Positions 8,922 through 18,035 of a stretch of 64,000 nucleotides of DNA are shown here, piece after piece. The notes beneath the pieces were generated by a model. It worked only from the letters and a program-made list of their open reading frames with translations, ran no database searches and was not told the origin of the DNA. The translations under genes were made by a program, and so were the position numbers. This DNA is from Candidatus Aminicenantes bacterium (lineage in GTDB: Bacteria; Acidobacteriota; Aminicenantia; Aminicenantales; Aminicenantaceae), in contig DRHQ01000083.1 in assembly GCA_011049545.1 (NCBI GenBank), forward strand, positions 29,766 to 93,765, in the 5' to 3' direction. The number at the start of each line of letters is the position of its first letter. Within the stretch, counting starts at the first letter, position 1.

Positions 8922-10496
8922 ATGAAGAGAAAAATTTTCTTACTATTTACTTTGATTTTTGTGCTCATCCTTGTTCCTGCTCGGAATGAGGATACCTGGA
9001 GTTCATATTTTGATAAAGTATCCTCAATTGTTTTCCTCATAGAAGAAAACTATTTTCGGGATATTGACCAGGAGGAGCTTGCCTATTCCTCTATAAAAGG
9101 GATGCTTCAGACTTTGGATCCGCATTCTTATTTTCTTGATCCAAGTCATTTTTCTCGTTTGAGAGAAGAACACGTGGGGAAATATCACGGCCTGGGAATC
9201 ATAATCCAGAAGCAGGAACAGCGTTTGGTTGTGATCTCTCCTATAGAGGGAGGGCCTGCATACAGGCTGGGAATTCAGGCTGGAGATATTATTTCTCATA
9301 TCAACGGCGAGAGCACAAAGCCGATAACGAGTTACGAAGCAATGCTAAAGTTAAGGGGTATTAAGGGAACCAAGGTCAACATAACGGTCGTCCGCCATGG
9401 GATGGAAAAGCCTTTTGAGTTGACCATAGTGAGGGCGGAGATCCCTCTTTACAGTGTTCCCTATTCCTTTATGCTTCAAGACGAAATTGGATACATTTTC
9501 ATCCGAAATTTTGGTGGGACCACGACCAAGGAATTTGAAGAAAAAATGGAGTCGTTAATCAAGCAAGGAATGAAGGGCCTCATCCTTGATATGAGGTCGA
9601 ATGGTGGCGGCACTTTTGTTCAATCGATAGAGATTTCGGATGAATTTCTATCAAGAGGAACTCTTGTTGTTTCAGTGAAAGGGAAGAACAAGGAACTCAA
9701 TAGAGAATTCCGGGCTCTATACGACAATCAATATGAGGATATTCCCCTTGTAATACTGATAAATCGAGGAAGTGCCAGCGCTCCTGAAATCGTAAGCGGG
9801 GCCATAAAGGATAACGACAGAGGTTTTATCGTGGGCGAAACCTCCTTTGGAAAAGGGTTGGTCCAGACGGTTCATCCCCTTTCTATGAATACTGCGGTTG
9901 CCCTGACGACTGCAAAATATTTTACGCCGAGCGGCAGGTCAATCCAGCGAGATTATACTCGTCTTGAAGATTATAGGTTCACAAGAACAGTTCAAGGAGA
10001 AAGAGAAGTGAGGTATACTTCGGGAGGAAGAAAGGTCCTGGGCCAAGGAGGAATATCTCCCGATTATGAAGTGAAATTCTCTTTTAAGACTATTACGGCA
10101 AAACTGCTGATTAAGGGAGCATTTTTCTCCTATGCTCAAAAGTTCACAAACAAAAACACTCCTCTGTCGAAAAAAATCAGCTTTCCCCCTAAAAGCCAGA
10201 CGCAGGAAAAAGATTCTGGAAGAAAAAAAGTTGTTGGAAGAGATTTTATCGTTGGTTCTCTGGTAATGGAAGATTTCAAGGACTATCTTCGAGAAAGTAA
10301 AATTGATTATGATTCAGATCAATTTGAAAAGGCGAAAGAAGGAATAAAAAGAGAACTGGAAAGAGAGATATTTGGTTCACTCTGGGGTATTGAGGAAGGG
10401 GTAAAGGTTTACCGGAATAGCGATCCTGTTGTTTTAAAAGCTATAGAAGTTTTACCCGAAGCTTCAACCCTCATAGAAAAAGACGAAGCAAATTAA
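8922..10496 (+). CDS. S41 family carboxyl-terminal processing peptidase with PDZ domain
   Basis: 524-aa ORF with a signal peptide, a PDZ-like region and the S41 core (…GGGTFVQSIE…, …GSASAPEIVSGA…). Confidence 0.85.
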   Translation: MKRKIFLLFTLIFVLILVPARNEDTWSSYFDKVSSIVFLIEENYFRDIDQEELAYSSIKGMLQTLDPHSYFLDPSHFSRLREEHVGKYHGLGIIIQKQEQRLVVISPIEGGPAYRLGIQAGDIISHINGESTKPITSYEAMLKLRGIKGTKVNITVVRHGMEKPFELTIVRAEIPLYSVPYSFMLQDEIGYIFIRNFGGTTTKEFEEKMESLIKQGMKGLILDMRSNGGGTFVQSIEISDEFLSRGTLVVSVKGKNKELNREFRALYDNQYEDIPLVILINRGSASAPEIVSGAIKDNDRGFIVGETSFGKGLVQTVHPLSMNTAVALTTAKYFTPSGRSIQRDYTRLEDYRFTRTVQGEREVRYTSGGRKVLGQGGISPDYEVKFSFKTITAKLLIKGAFFSYAQKFTNKNTPLSKKISFPPKSQTQEKDSGRKKVVGRDFIVGSLVMEDFKDYLRESKIDYDSDQFEKAKEGIKRELEREIFGSLWGIEEGVKVYRNSDPVVLKAIEVLPEASTLIEKDEAN

Positions 10497-10518
10497 AATG
10501 GGGCCAGGCCCCAATTCC
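10495..10518. repeat. Palindromic repeat family P1
   Basis: aaaatggggccaggccccaatt immediately after the peptidase stop; a terminator-like hairpin. Confidence 0.8.
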
Positions 10519-10524
10519 CATCTT

Positions 10525-10553
10525 GTAGGGGCTTGATTCATCAAGCCCACCTT
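10525..10553. repeat. Hairpin repeat family P2 (GTAGGGGCTTGATTCATCAAGCCCACCTT)
   Basis: Identical to the 2760-3051 units, including the following …tttttgaat[ag]tat[ac]aataaact… flank. Confidence 0.85.
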
Positions 10554-10593
10554 TTTGAATATATCAATAAACTGTATGTCATTAAAATGGGGC

Positions 10594-10616
10594 CAGGCCC
10601 CATTTCCCAAAAAGTA
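10594..10616. repeat. Palindromic repeat family P1
   Basis: aaaatggggccaggccccattt. Confidence 0.8.
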
Positions 10617-10672
10617 AGCCATCTTAATGGGCACAACCCTCAATATTGATCTTTTTTTGTAGGCGTTTGATT

Positions 10673-10701
10673 GTAGGGGCTTGATTCATCAAGCCCACCT
10701 T
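10673..10701. repeat. Hairpin repeat family P2
   Basis: gtaggggcttgattcatcaagcccacctt, preceded by a degenerate half-copy (gtaggcgtttgat). Confidence 0.8.
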
Positions 10702-10795
10702 TTTAATATTAATAATTTATTTGTATTTTTGATAAATCAACCACCTTCACAAATAAAAGGAATCCAAACACCCATTGCCCTTCTACAAGACATTC

Positions 10796-10829
10796 TTGTG
10801 TTTAACACTCTTTAAAATATTGTTATAAT
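10796..10829 (+). promoter_or_regulatory. Candidate sigma70 promoter with extended -10 (TGtTATAAT) upstream of rpiB
   Basis: tgttataat at 10821-10829 with a weak -35 (tttaac or ttgtgt) 17-22 bp upstream, about 90 bp before the rpiB start. Confidence 0.4.
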
Positions 10830-10916
10830 GACAAATCAATAATTGCAGGAAAAAAGAATAAATCTTTCAGGAAGAATAAAGGGGATAGTCCCCATCCTTA
10901 ACAAGAGGAGGAATAG

Positions 10917-11381
10917 GTGAAAATTGCCACAGCCTCGGATCATGCAGGGTATGAGCTTAAAAAGGGAATCACAGCCTATCTTTCAGAGAAAGGTATAAAA
11001 TACGAGGATTTCGGCTGTGGTCCAGATGAAAAAGTTGATTATGTTGATTATGCGGAGAAGGCCGCAGAGAGGGTTTCTTCAGGTGAGTATGACCGGGCAA
11101 TCCTTGTTTGCGGGACAGGCCTTGGGATGGCTATCGTTGCCAACAAGCACAAAGGGATAAGAGCAACTTCCTGCCTGGATGATTATACGGCAGAAATGAG
11201 CCGCAAGCACAACGATTCAAACTGCCTTACTTTAGGAGCGAGGATCGTTCCCCTGGATGAGGGCCTCAACATTGTCCGGATATGGCTTGAAACAGAGTTT
11301 GAGGGTGAACGGCATCAAAAAAGAATCGATAAAATCTTCGATATAGAAGCGAGAAATTTTAAATCAGGCAGAGAGGAGTAA
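10917..11381 (+). CDS. rpiB: Ribose-5-phosphate isomerase B (RpiB/LacAB family)
   Basis: 154-aa ORF with MKIATASDHAGYELK…ILVCGTGLGMAIVANK. GTG start after an AGGAGG site. Confidence 0.85.
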   Translation: MKIATASDHAGYELKKGITAYLSEKGIKYEDFGCGPDEKVDYVDYAEKAAERVSSGEYDRAILVCGTGLGMAIVANKHKGIRATSCLDDYTAEMSRKHNDSNCLTLGARIVPLDEGLNIVRIWLETEFEGERHQKRIDKIFDIEARNFKSGREE

Positions 11382-11386
11382 GAACA

Positions 11387-12823
11387 ATGTCTTCATTTTA
11401 TGAAAAAATCCAAAATTTATCTCAAAAGATAATAGAGAATAATAACTGGAGGCAGCGGGAAACTTTCAACCTCATTCCCTCTGAAACGACTCCTTCTCCT
11501 CTGGTGAAGATGTGCGAGATATCTGATCCTTCCGGCCGTTATGCTGAACACAGGACTATGAAGGGAGAGGAAATCTATTTTTACCAGGGAATAGATTTCA
11601 TAAGGGATGTTGAAGAGGAAGCACGGCGCGAATTCCAGCGTTACTTTGATTGTACAGAAGTGGAATTAAGAACAATAAGCGGACAGATGGCCAACGAAGT
11701 TGTATTTAAAGGCTTGGTTCGTTTTCTCAATCGCGACCGCCCTCAGGGACAGCCGATGCGGAAGATGAAGCTGGTCATGAATAATGAACTTACCAAAGGA
11801 GGACATCTCAGCTCTCAGCCCATGGGATCCCTTTTCAACTTCGTGGAGGAAGATCCGGAAACAGGAAAGGAAAATGTCGTCAATTTTCCTGTTCTAAGCG
11901 AAAATCAGTACAAGCCTGACCTTGCCAGACTCGGAGAGCTTTTAGACCAGCACAAGCCTGAACTCATGGTGTTTGGCAAAAGCATGTTTCTCTACCAGGA
12001 GCCTGTCAAATTTGTTCATGATATTGTTAAAGACTGGGATGTGCCGCCCGTTATCATGGTTGATATGGCTCATGTTTTGGGGATATATGGCGCCTTTCAG
12101 ACACCCTTAAGCGAAGGAGCAAATGTTATAACCGGAAGCACCCATAAAACCTTTTTCGGTCCTCAACGTGGTGTAATAGCGGGCAACTTTCCCAAAGGGA
12201 GCCCGCTTCGGAAGTTATGGCTGGATATCAAAGGCCGTGCTTTTCCCGGTTCAACCAGCAACCATCATTTGGGAACCCTCCTCGCTCTCTTGATGGCTGC
12301 TTATGAAATGAATGAGTTTAAAGAAGAATACCAGAAACAGGTCAGAGCTAACGCCAAAGCTTTTGCCCGGGCTTTAAAGGACACGGGAATTCAGGTAGAG
12401 GGAGACGAAAAAGATGGATTTACAGAGACTCATCAAGTTCTTATCCGCATCAAAGCCCACGGCGACGGCCAGGAAATTGCCCGCCGTCTGGAAGAAAACA
12501 ATATTGTAACCAATTATCAGGCGCTGCCGGATGATGAGACCTTTCTCAAATCGAGTGGAATACGAATGGGCGCCCAGGAAATGACCCGCTTTGGGATGAA
12601 GGAGAAAGACTTTGAGAAGCTTTCAGGTTTCGTAGCAGATGTTATTGTCAGGAACAAAAATGTTAAGGAAGAGGTAAAAAAATATCGCGAAAACTTCCTC
12701 CAGATGAAATACTGCCTCTCTCCCCAGGAAGCACTCCCTATCGCAGCGAAAATAATTAAAAGCATCTTTCCCTACCCTGATTTTGCTGATTTGTTCATAG
12801 AGAACTTAGAGAAAAATATCTAA
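11387..12823 (+). CDS. glyA: Serine hydroxymethyltransferase family PLP enzyme (divergent GlyA-like)
   Basis: 478-aa ORF. Segments collinear with E. coli GlyA: NLIPSETTPSPLV/ELIASENYTSPRV, TKGGHLS/AHGGHLT, VDMAHVLG/VDMAHVAG, GSTHKTFFGPQRGVI/TTTHKTLAGPRGGLI, SGIRMG/SGIRVG. Confidence 0.7.
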   Translation: MSSFYEKIQNLSQKIIENNNWRQRETFNLIPSETTPSPLVKMCEISDPSGRYAEHRTMKGEEIYFYQGIDFIRDVEEEARREFQRYFDCTEVELRTISGQMANEVVFKGLVRFLNRDRPQGQPMRKMKLVMNNELTKGGHLSSQPMGSLFNFVEEDPETGKENVVNFPVLSENQYKPDLARLGELLDQHKPELMVFGKSMFLYQEPVKFVHDIVKDWDVPPVIMVDMAHVLGIYGAFQTPLSEGANVITGSTHKTFFGPQRGVIAGNFPKGSPLRKLWLDIKGRAFPGSTSNHHLGTLLALLMAAYEMNEFKEEYQKQVRANAKAFARALKDTGIQVEGDEKDGFTETHQVLIRIKAHGDGQEIARRLEENNIVTNYQALPDDETFLKSSGIRMGAQEMTRFGMKEKDFEKLSGFVADVIVRNKNVKEEVKKYRENFLQMKYCLSPQEALPIAAKIIKSIFPYPDFADLFIENLEKNI

Positions 12824-12830
12824 AACGGAG

Positions 12831-12919
12831 AAAAAGGGGACAGGCTACTTTTTCTGAAATAAAGAGGACAGTCGCTACTCGCGGAAAGAACATCAGGAAA
12901 AGTAGCCTGTCCCCTTTTT
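12831..12919. repeat. MITE-like inverted-repeat element (TIR AAAAAGGGGACAGGCTACTTTTTC … GAAAAGTAGCCTGTCCCCTTTTT) that also acts as a terminator-like hairpin after the SHMT-like gene
   Basis: ~24-bp perfect inverted arms around a 42-bp core. The same TIRs recur at 58331-58485. Confidence 0.8.
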
Positions 12920-12986
12920 CTCCTCTTTTATTGACGGATAGAGCCTTTTTTGTCAGAATGATTCAAAGAATAATGAGAGAGTCAAG

Positions 12987-14261
12987 ATGAAGATTTTAGT
13001 CATTGGTTCAGGCGGGAGAGAACATGCCCTTGCCTGGAAAATAGCTCAGAGCCCCCACCTTGAGAAACTTTTCTGCGTTCCGGGAAACCCAGGCACGATG
13101 AGCATCGCTGAAAATGTCGCCATCGATTCTTCTGATATAAAGGGACTAACTGATTTTGCCGCACAGGAGAAGATTGGTTTGACCGTCGTAGGCCCCGAGC
13201 TTCCTTTGACAATGGGCATAGTTGATGAGTTTGAGGAAAGAGGTTTAAAGATTTTCGGGCCAGATAAAAGAACAGCCGAGCTGGAAGGAAGCAAAGTATT
13301 TGCCAAGCAATTCATGGAACGCCACAAAATACCAACTGCCATATCCAAAATCGCAGAGTCTCCAGAGGAGGCAGCAGAAATCTTGAATTCAGGAAAATTT
13401 TCTTTTCCCCTGGTTGTAAAAGCAGACGGATTGGCTGCCGGCAAAGGAGTCATAATCTGTGAAAACCTGAAAGAAGCAGAGAAAGCTATCCACTTAATCA
13501 TGGTAGAGCGGAAATTCGGTGACGCAGGAAAAAGAGCTATTGTAGAAGAATGCTTGAGAGGAAAAGAGACTTCCTTCATAGTCCTATCAGATGGGAAAGA
13601 AGTAGTGCCGCTGGTCACGACCATGGACCATAAACCTGTCTATGAAGGCGATAAGGGCCCGAATACAGGAGGGATGGGAGCAATTTCCCCCTCTCCTTTT
13701 ATTGACGAAGAGCTGTTTTCAGAAATCATGAGTTCCATAGTGCTTCCGACAGTGACTCACATGCGTGAAGAGGGAAGAAAATATAAGGGTGTTCTTTATG
13801 TAGGATTGATGCTGACCGAGGAGGGGCCTAAGGTGCTCGAGTACAACTGCCGTTTTGGAGACCCGGAAACTCAACCCCAGATGTTAAGAATGGAGAGCGA
13901 CCTGGTGGATATTCTCCTGGCCATAATAGAAGAAGATGCGCAAGGAAAGGAAATACAATGGAGCCCTAAAGCTTCTGGCTGTGTGGTCCTGGCTTCAGGT
14001 GGTTATCCGCTCGCCTACGAGAAGGGAAAGCGGATAGAAGGCCTGAACCAGGCCTCAGAAACACCGGGCATTGCTATCTTCCACGCAGGCACAAAGTTCC
14101 AGGACGGAGAATATTACACAAACGGTGGCAGAGTGTTAGGGATCTGTGCCTCGGAGGAAAATCTAAGCGTTACTATGGAAAAGATATACAAAACCATCTC
14201 AGGAATATCTTTTGAGGGCATGCATTTCCGCAGGGATATCGGTGCTCTTAAGGAGGAATAA
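12987..14261 (+). CDS. purD: Phosphoribosylamine--glycine ligase
   Basis: 424-aa ORF: MKILVIGSGGREHALAWK…, ATP-grasp motifs. Confidence 0.9.
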   Translation: MKILVIGSGGREHALAWKIAQSPHLEKLFCVPGNPGTMSIAENVAIDSSDIKGLTDFAAQEKIGLTVVGPELPLTMGIVDEFEERGLKIFGPDKRTAELEGSKVFAKQFMERHKIPTAISKIAESPEEAAEILNSGKFSFPLVVKADGLAAGKGVIICENLKEAEKAIHLIMVERKFGDAGKRAIVEECLRGKETSFIVLSDGKEVVPLVTTMDHKPVYEGDKGPNTGGMGAISPSPFIDEELFSEIMSSIVLPTVTHMREEGRKYKGVLYVGLMLTEEGPKVLEYNCRFGDPETQPQMLRMESDLVDILLAIIEEDAQGKEIQWSPKASGCVVLASGGYPLAYEKGKRIEGLNQASETPGIAIFHAGTKFQDGEYYTNGGRVLGICASEENLSVTMEKIYKTISGISFEGMHFRRDIGALKEE

Positions 14262-14263
14262 GT

Positions 14264-14755
14264 ATGAAAGTTGCAATATTTATCGGGAGTGACTCGGATT
14301 ATGATGTTGTAAAGGATGCTCAGGCCATACTCAAAGAGTTTGAAGTCCCTTTCGCCCTGGAGGTTACATCAGCCCACCGTTCTCCTGCCAGAACCCTCAA
14401 ACTCATAAAGGATTATGAGGAGAAAGGAGTCGAGATTTTCATCGCTGTCGCAGGTAAAGCTGCTCATTTAGCGGGCATTGTGGCTGCGCACACCGTCAAG
14501 CCTGTGATCGGAGTTCCGGTAGAGAGTTCTTCTCTTGATGGTCTCGATGCTCTTCTCTCCACAGTTCAGATGCCCAAAGGAGTGCCAGTGGCAACTATGG
14601 GCCTGGGCAAATCCGGCGCTTCAAACTCGGCCCTCCTGGCCATCCAGATTTTAAGCCTCAATGACTCTTCCCTTGTAAGAAAATTGAAAGAATCCCGGGA
14701 GGAAATGGCCGCCCAGGTTGAAGCTAAGTCAAAAAAAATTCAGCAAAAATTATGA
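14264..14755 (+). CDS. purE: N5-carboxyaminoimidazole ribonucleotide mutase (PurE)
   Basis: 163-aa ORF: MKVAIFIGSDSDYDVV…GVPV…; immediately downstream of purD. Confidence 0.9.
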   Translation: MKVAIFIGSDSDYDVVKDAQAILKEFEVPFALEVTSAHRSPARTLKLIKDYEEKGVEIFIAVAGKAAHLAGIVAAHTVKPVIGVPVESSSLDGLDALLSTVQMPKGVPVATMGLGKSGASNSALLAIQILSLNDSSLVRKLKESREEMAAQVEAKSKKIQQKL

Positions 14756-16008
14756 CATCCTTTTCTATTCAAACCTTTGGCTGCCGTTCGAATCAAGCTG
14801 AGGCTTTTTTATGGGCAAATGAGTTTCAAAAGCATGGGCTGAAGTATGAAAAAGATTTTTCCCGAAGCGACTTAATCGTAGTAAACTCCTGTACACTTAC
14901 CGGACGAGCGGACAGCGATACAAGAAGCTTTATTAGAAGAGTTTCGCGCCTAAACCCAAAGGCAAGATTGATCGTTACCGGATGCTATGCCCAGCGTGCC
15001 CCTGAAGAATTAAAAAATATGCCCCAGGTCTCATGCCTTTTATCCAATACAGAAAAGAAAGATTTAGACGCAAAAATCCTCTCTTTTGCTGGTCCAGGGA
15101 AGGAAAGACAAATTTCACCTTTCCGTTCCCGTGCCTCTGTTAAAATTCAGGACGGGTGCAATTTTCAATGCACTTTTTGTATTATTCCCAGCGTCAGGGG
15201 GAAAAGTGTAAGCCTTGAAAAAAAAGAAATCCTCGCCCGAATAAAGGAGTTCATAAGCCAGGGTTCCAGGGAGATTGTTCTGACAGGAATTCATCTTTGT
15301 TCTTATGGCCTTGATCTTAACACTAAGAGCTCGCTGCTCGAGCTGCTCCAGGAAATAGAAAGCTTAAAAGAGCTCCGCAAATTGCGGTTGAGTTCTCTTG
15401 ACCCTCGATTTTTAAGCCCCTCCTTAATTGAGCACATCACAGCCAGCGGGAAAGTATGCCCTCATTTTCATCTTTCTTTACAGAGCGGATCCGATGATAT
15501 ACTGCATCGTATGGGGCGCAAGATACAAATTGAAGATTACACAAACATTCTCACTTTGTTGCGCGAGAAGTCTCCCCGGGCATCTTTGGGAGCGGACATT
15601 ATTGTGGGATTCCCTGGAGAAACCGGGGAAGATTTCAGCCAGACTTATAGCTTCCTGGAACAGTCACCGTTGACCTATCTTCATGTGTTCTCCTATTCTC
15701 CTCGCCCCGGGACCGCTGCTGCTTCCTGGCAGCAGGTAAACGGCAAGGTGAAGAAGGAGAGGGCGAGACTTTTGAGAGATTTGTCCAGCAGGAAGAATAC
15801 GAACTTTCGCCGGCTTTTTGTGGGGAAGGAATGCGAGGCAATTGTTATAAAAAAAGAAAAAGCAAGGACTGAAGTTTTGACGTCCAATTATTTTAAGGTT
15901 TTTATTCCTTCCTGTTCTCAAAATGAAGGAAAAGAAGTAAAAGTAAAAATCACGAAGGTGGATACTAAAAAAACAACAGGGCAAATAGTCAATTCATCCA
16001 GTTCTTAA
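14752..16008 (+). CDS. Radical-SAM methylthiotransferase, MiaB/RimO/MtaB family (MtaB-like) with C-terminal TRAM
   Basis: 418-aa ORF with an N-terminal MTTase domain (FGCRSNQAE), radical-SAM CxxxCxxC (CNFQCTFC) and a TRAM-like tail. Confidence 0.8.
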   Translation: MTSFSIQTFGCRSNQAEAFLWANEFQKHGLKYEKDFSRSDLIVVNSCTLTGRADSDTRSFIRRVSRLNPKARLIVTGCYAQRAPEELKNMPQVSCLLSNTEKKDLDAKILSFAGPGKERQISPFRSRASVKIQDGCNFQCTFCIIPSVRGKSVSLEKKEILARIKEFISQGSREIVLTGIHLCSYGLDLNTKSSLLELLQEIESLKELRKLRLSSLDPRFLSPSLIEHITASGKVCPHFHLSLQSGSDDILHRMGRKIQIEDYTNILTLLREKSPRASLGADIIVGFPGETGEDFSQTYSFLEQSPLTYLHVFSYSPRPGTAAASWQQVNGKVKKERARLLRDLSSRKNTNFRRLFVGKECEAIVIKKEKARTEVLTSNYFKVFIPSCSQNEGKEVKVKITKVDTKKTTGQIVNSSSS

Positions 16009-16011
16009 AAA

Positions 16012-16590
16012 ATGATACTCCCCGTTTCATTCTATTCCCGCTCAACGCTTAAAGTCTTGGTTGACCTGATTGGAAAGGTCTTGGTCAGGAAGTCAGAAGA
16101 TGGCTTGACTTCCGGAATTATCGTGGAAGCTGAGGCTTATTCAGGGGAAGATGACCCGGCTTCTTATGCCTTTAGTGGGAGAACGAAAAGAAGTGAAATA
16201 ATGTACGGGCCGCCGGGCAGGGCGTTCGTCCACTTTACCTACGGAATGCATCATATGCTTAATCTGGTAACAGAAAAAAAAGAGTTTCCGGCTGCAATTC
16301 TAATCCGGGCTCTCGAACCTCGTGATGGGATTTCGTTGATGAAGAAAAGGCGCCAGACTGAGGAGCCTTTTAATTTATGCTCAGGACCAGCCAAGATATG
16401 CCAGGCCTTTGCTATAGATCGGTCTCACAACGGTGTCTCGCTTTCCTCTTCAAACTCTCCAATTTTCATTAAAGAGGGAGAGAAAAGGAAAGAAGAGCTA
16501 ATCTGGACGTCAAGGATAGGAGTCAGTGAAGGAAAAGATAGGTTGTGGCGAGCCTATCTAAAGGGGAGTCCTTTCATCTCAGTTAAATAA
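16012..16590 (+). CDS. DNA-3-methyladenine glycosylase (AAG/Mpg family)
   Basis: 192-aa ORF: …IVEAEAYSGEDDPASYAFSGRTKRSEIMYGPPGRAFVHFTYGMHHMLNLV… — segments read here as typical of AAG/Mpg-family glycosylases. Confidence 0.8.
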   Translation: MILPVSFYSRSTLKVLVDLIGKVLVRKSEDGLTSGIIVEAEAYSGEDDPASYAFSGRTKRSEIMYGPPGRAFVHFTYGMHHMLNLVTEKKEFPAAILIRALEPRDGISLMKKRRQTEEPFNLCSGPAKICQAFAIDRSHNGVSLSSSNSPIFIKEGEKRKEELIWTSRIGVSEGKDRLWRAYLKGSPFISVK

Positions 16591-16732
16591 GAAGCCTTAT
16601 TATCTAGGTTGAACAACACAAGCATTGACAAGTGGTGTTAAATCAAGGTTTGCTTAATGATGAAGAGTTTATTTCTCCCCCTCCTTCGGCTTAAGCTCCA
16701 TGCCGAGTTGTTGCATTACCGCTGACTTCGAG

Positions 16733-16786
16733 AAAAAAGGGAATAATCCGTAACGTCCAGCTTCTGCTCGTTATTCCTTTTTTGGT
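16733..16786. terminator. Bidirectional Rho-independent terminator between convergent genes
   Basis: AAAAAAGGGAATAA…TTATTCCTTTTTTGG: a 14-bp stem flanked by A-run and T-run. Confidence 0.6.
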
Positions 16787-16797
16787 GGCGGAGGAGA

Positions 16798-17307
16798 CTA
16801 ATACAGGTCTGGTATGCGAGTGTCTATTGCGATGAGCCATGAGCCATCCTCTTGTTTTCGCAATATCTGTAAGAACTTCCCAGTGACTTGCGTGGGCTCC
16901 ATGGGCTCGGGTAAGCCTTCCGCTGTCATTGTGAGATAAGCCGTTCCTAGGACAAAGGCAAGGTTATCTCGCCCATCAATTTTCACGATTGTTTGGTTGA
17001 ATGCCGTGACGGTCGCAGATGCTTTACTGAGAGCCTTTCTTTCCTCCTTAAGTGCTTCTCGCCCCTGAATCATTGGCCCCCCTGCAACCACCATGATTGT
17101 ATCCTCGGTATAGAACTCTGTGGTTGCCTCCATACCGCCTTCCAGCGCAGCTTGCACATAAGCATCATTTGCTGTTTTAATTGCCGCCACATCCTCATCT
17201 GATAAACCTGCAATCCCAGCCTCCTCAGCTATCTCTTCACCCTGTTGGCAGCCAAAAGCAAAACAAAGCAGAATGACTAAAGGAATGACCATAAGTAGTT
17301 TATTCAT
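16798..17307 (-). CDS. Lipoprotein with NTF2-like/SnoaL-like (DUF4440-type) domain
   Basis: 169-aa ORF with a signal peptide and lipobox (…CFAFGCQQ). Paralogous to the adjacent upstream ORF. Confidence 0.5.
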   Translation of the reverse strand: MNKLLMVIPLVILLCFAFGCQQGEEIAEEAGIAGLSDEDVAAIKTANDAYVQAALEGGMEATTEFYTEDTIMVVAGGPMIQGREALKEERKALSKASATVTAFNQTIVKIDGRDNLAFVLGTAYLTMTAEGLPEPMEPTQVTGKFLQILRKQEDGSWLIAIDTRIPDLY

Positions 17308-17818
17308 TGTTCCTCCTTTTGTTTAGTTTTGCAAAAAGAGCAGAAATATGGACATGTCTGATTTTCCATTCGTCCTCTTCATAATTAAAGACCCATGTCC
17401 AAGCGTCTTTTCCCTCGAATGTATTATCTGATTTATCTTTCATCATATAGCTGTAAAATCCATAAAGAACTGCCACATCAGCCGAGAGTACATCCACTTC
17501 AATCTCACCCATTGTATATTTAAGCTCTACCATATTAGCCATCATCTCATGTGCAATCTTTTTGTGTTCCTCCCAAGAATAATCTATCATGCCATGTTCG
17601 ATGGTTATTGTGTTATCACTGAAATAGCTGAACATTCTATCTAGTTCATTATTGCTTCCCGCCTCGAAGGCTTCTTTGGTGATTTGTTTGATAGTCTCCG
17701 TTATTTCAGCTTTCTGTGATTCATCGAGTGTTACTTTCCTTTGTTGACAGCTGATACTAAAACATAGCAAGAAACAAAGAGAAATTACTAAGGATAATGG
17801 AGTGAGTAGTTTTTTCAT
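17300..17818 (-). CDS. Lipoprotein with NTF2-like/SnoaL-like domain (paralogue of 16798..17307)
   Basis: Start placed at the ATG (MKKLLTPL…) preceded by AAGGAGGG. The ORF-track TTG start at 17863 lacks an RBS. Lipobox FSISCQQ. Confidence 0.5.
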   Translation of the reverse strand: MKKLLTPLSLVISLCFLLCFSISCQQRKVTLDESQKAEITETIKQITKEAFEAGSNNELDRMFSYFSDNTITIEHGMIDYSWEEHKKIAHEMMANMVELKYTMGEIEVDVLSADVAVLYGFYSYMMKDKSDNTFEGKDAWTWVFNYEEDEWKIRHVHISALFAKLNKRRNNE

Positions 17819-18035
17819 TTTCCCTCCTTTTTTCTTATGAGAATGCCTATTTGCTTGTAACAATTAAACCTAACTTTACAATCCGTGTCAACTTGATTGT
17901 TGGTCATTCCATCTTATCTTATAATTGCCATTACGAGGAGGGAAGCGACGCGGCAATCTCAACCTGATTTTTTGAATTGACATCGCAAAATTTTTATCTG
18001 GTTATCAAATTAAAATAAGGATAAAATAATATCAG

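Noticed and set aside
13046-13624. 192-aa minus-strand ORF inside purD
   Set aside because: Antisense overlap with a highly conserved purD. There is no independent support.
17300-17863. ORF-track start at 17863 (TTG) for the second lipoprotein
   Set aside because: There is no RBS before the TTG. An ATG 45 nt downstream is preceded by AAGGAGGG and yields a canonical signal peptide and lipobox, so the shorter CDS was preferred.
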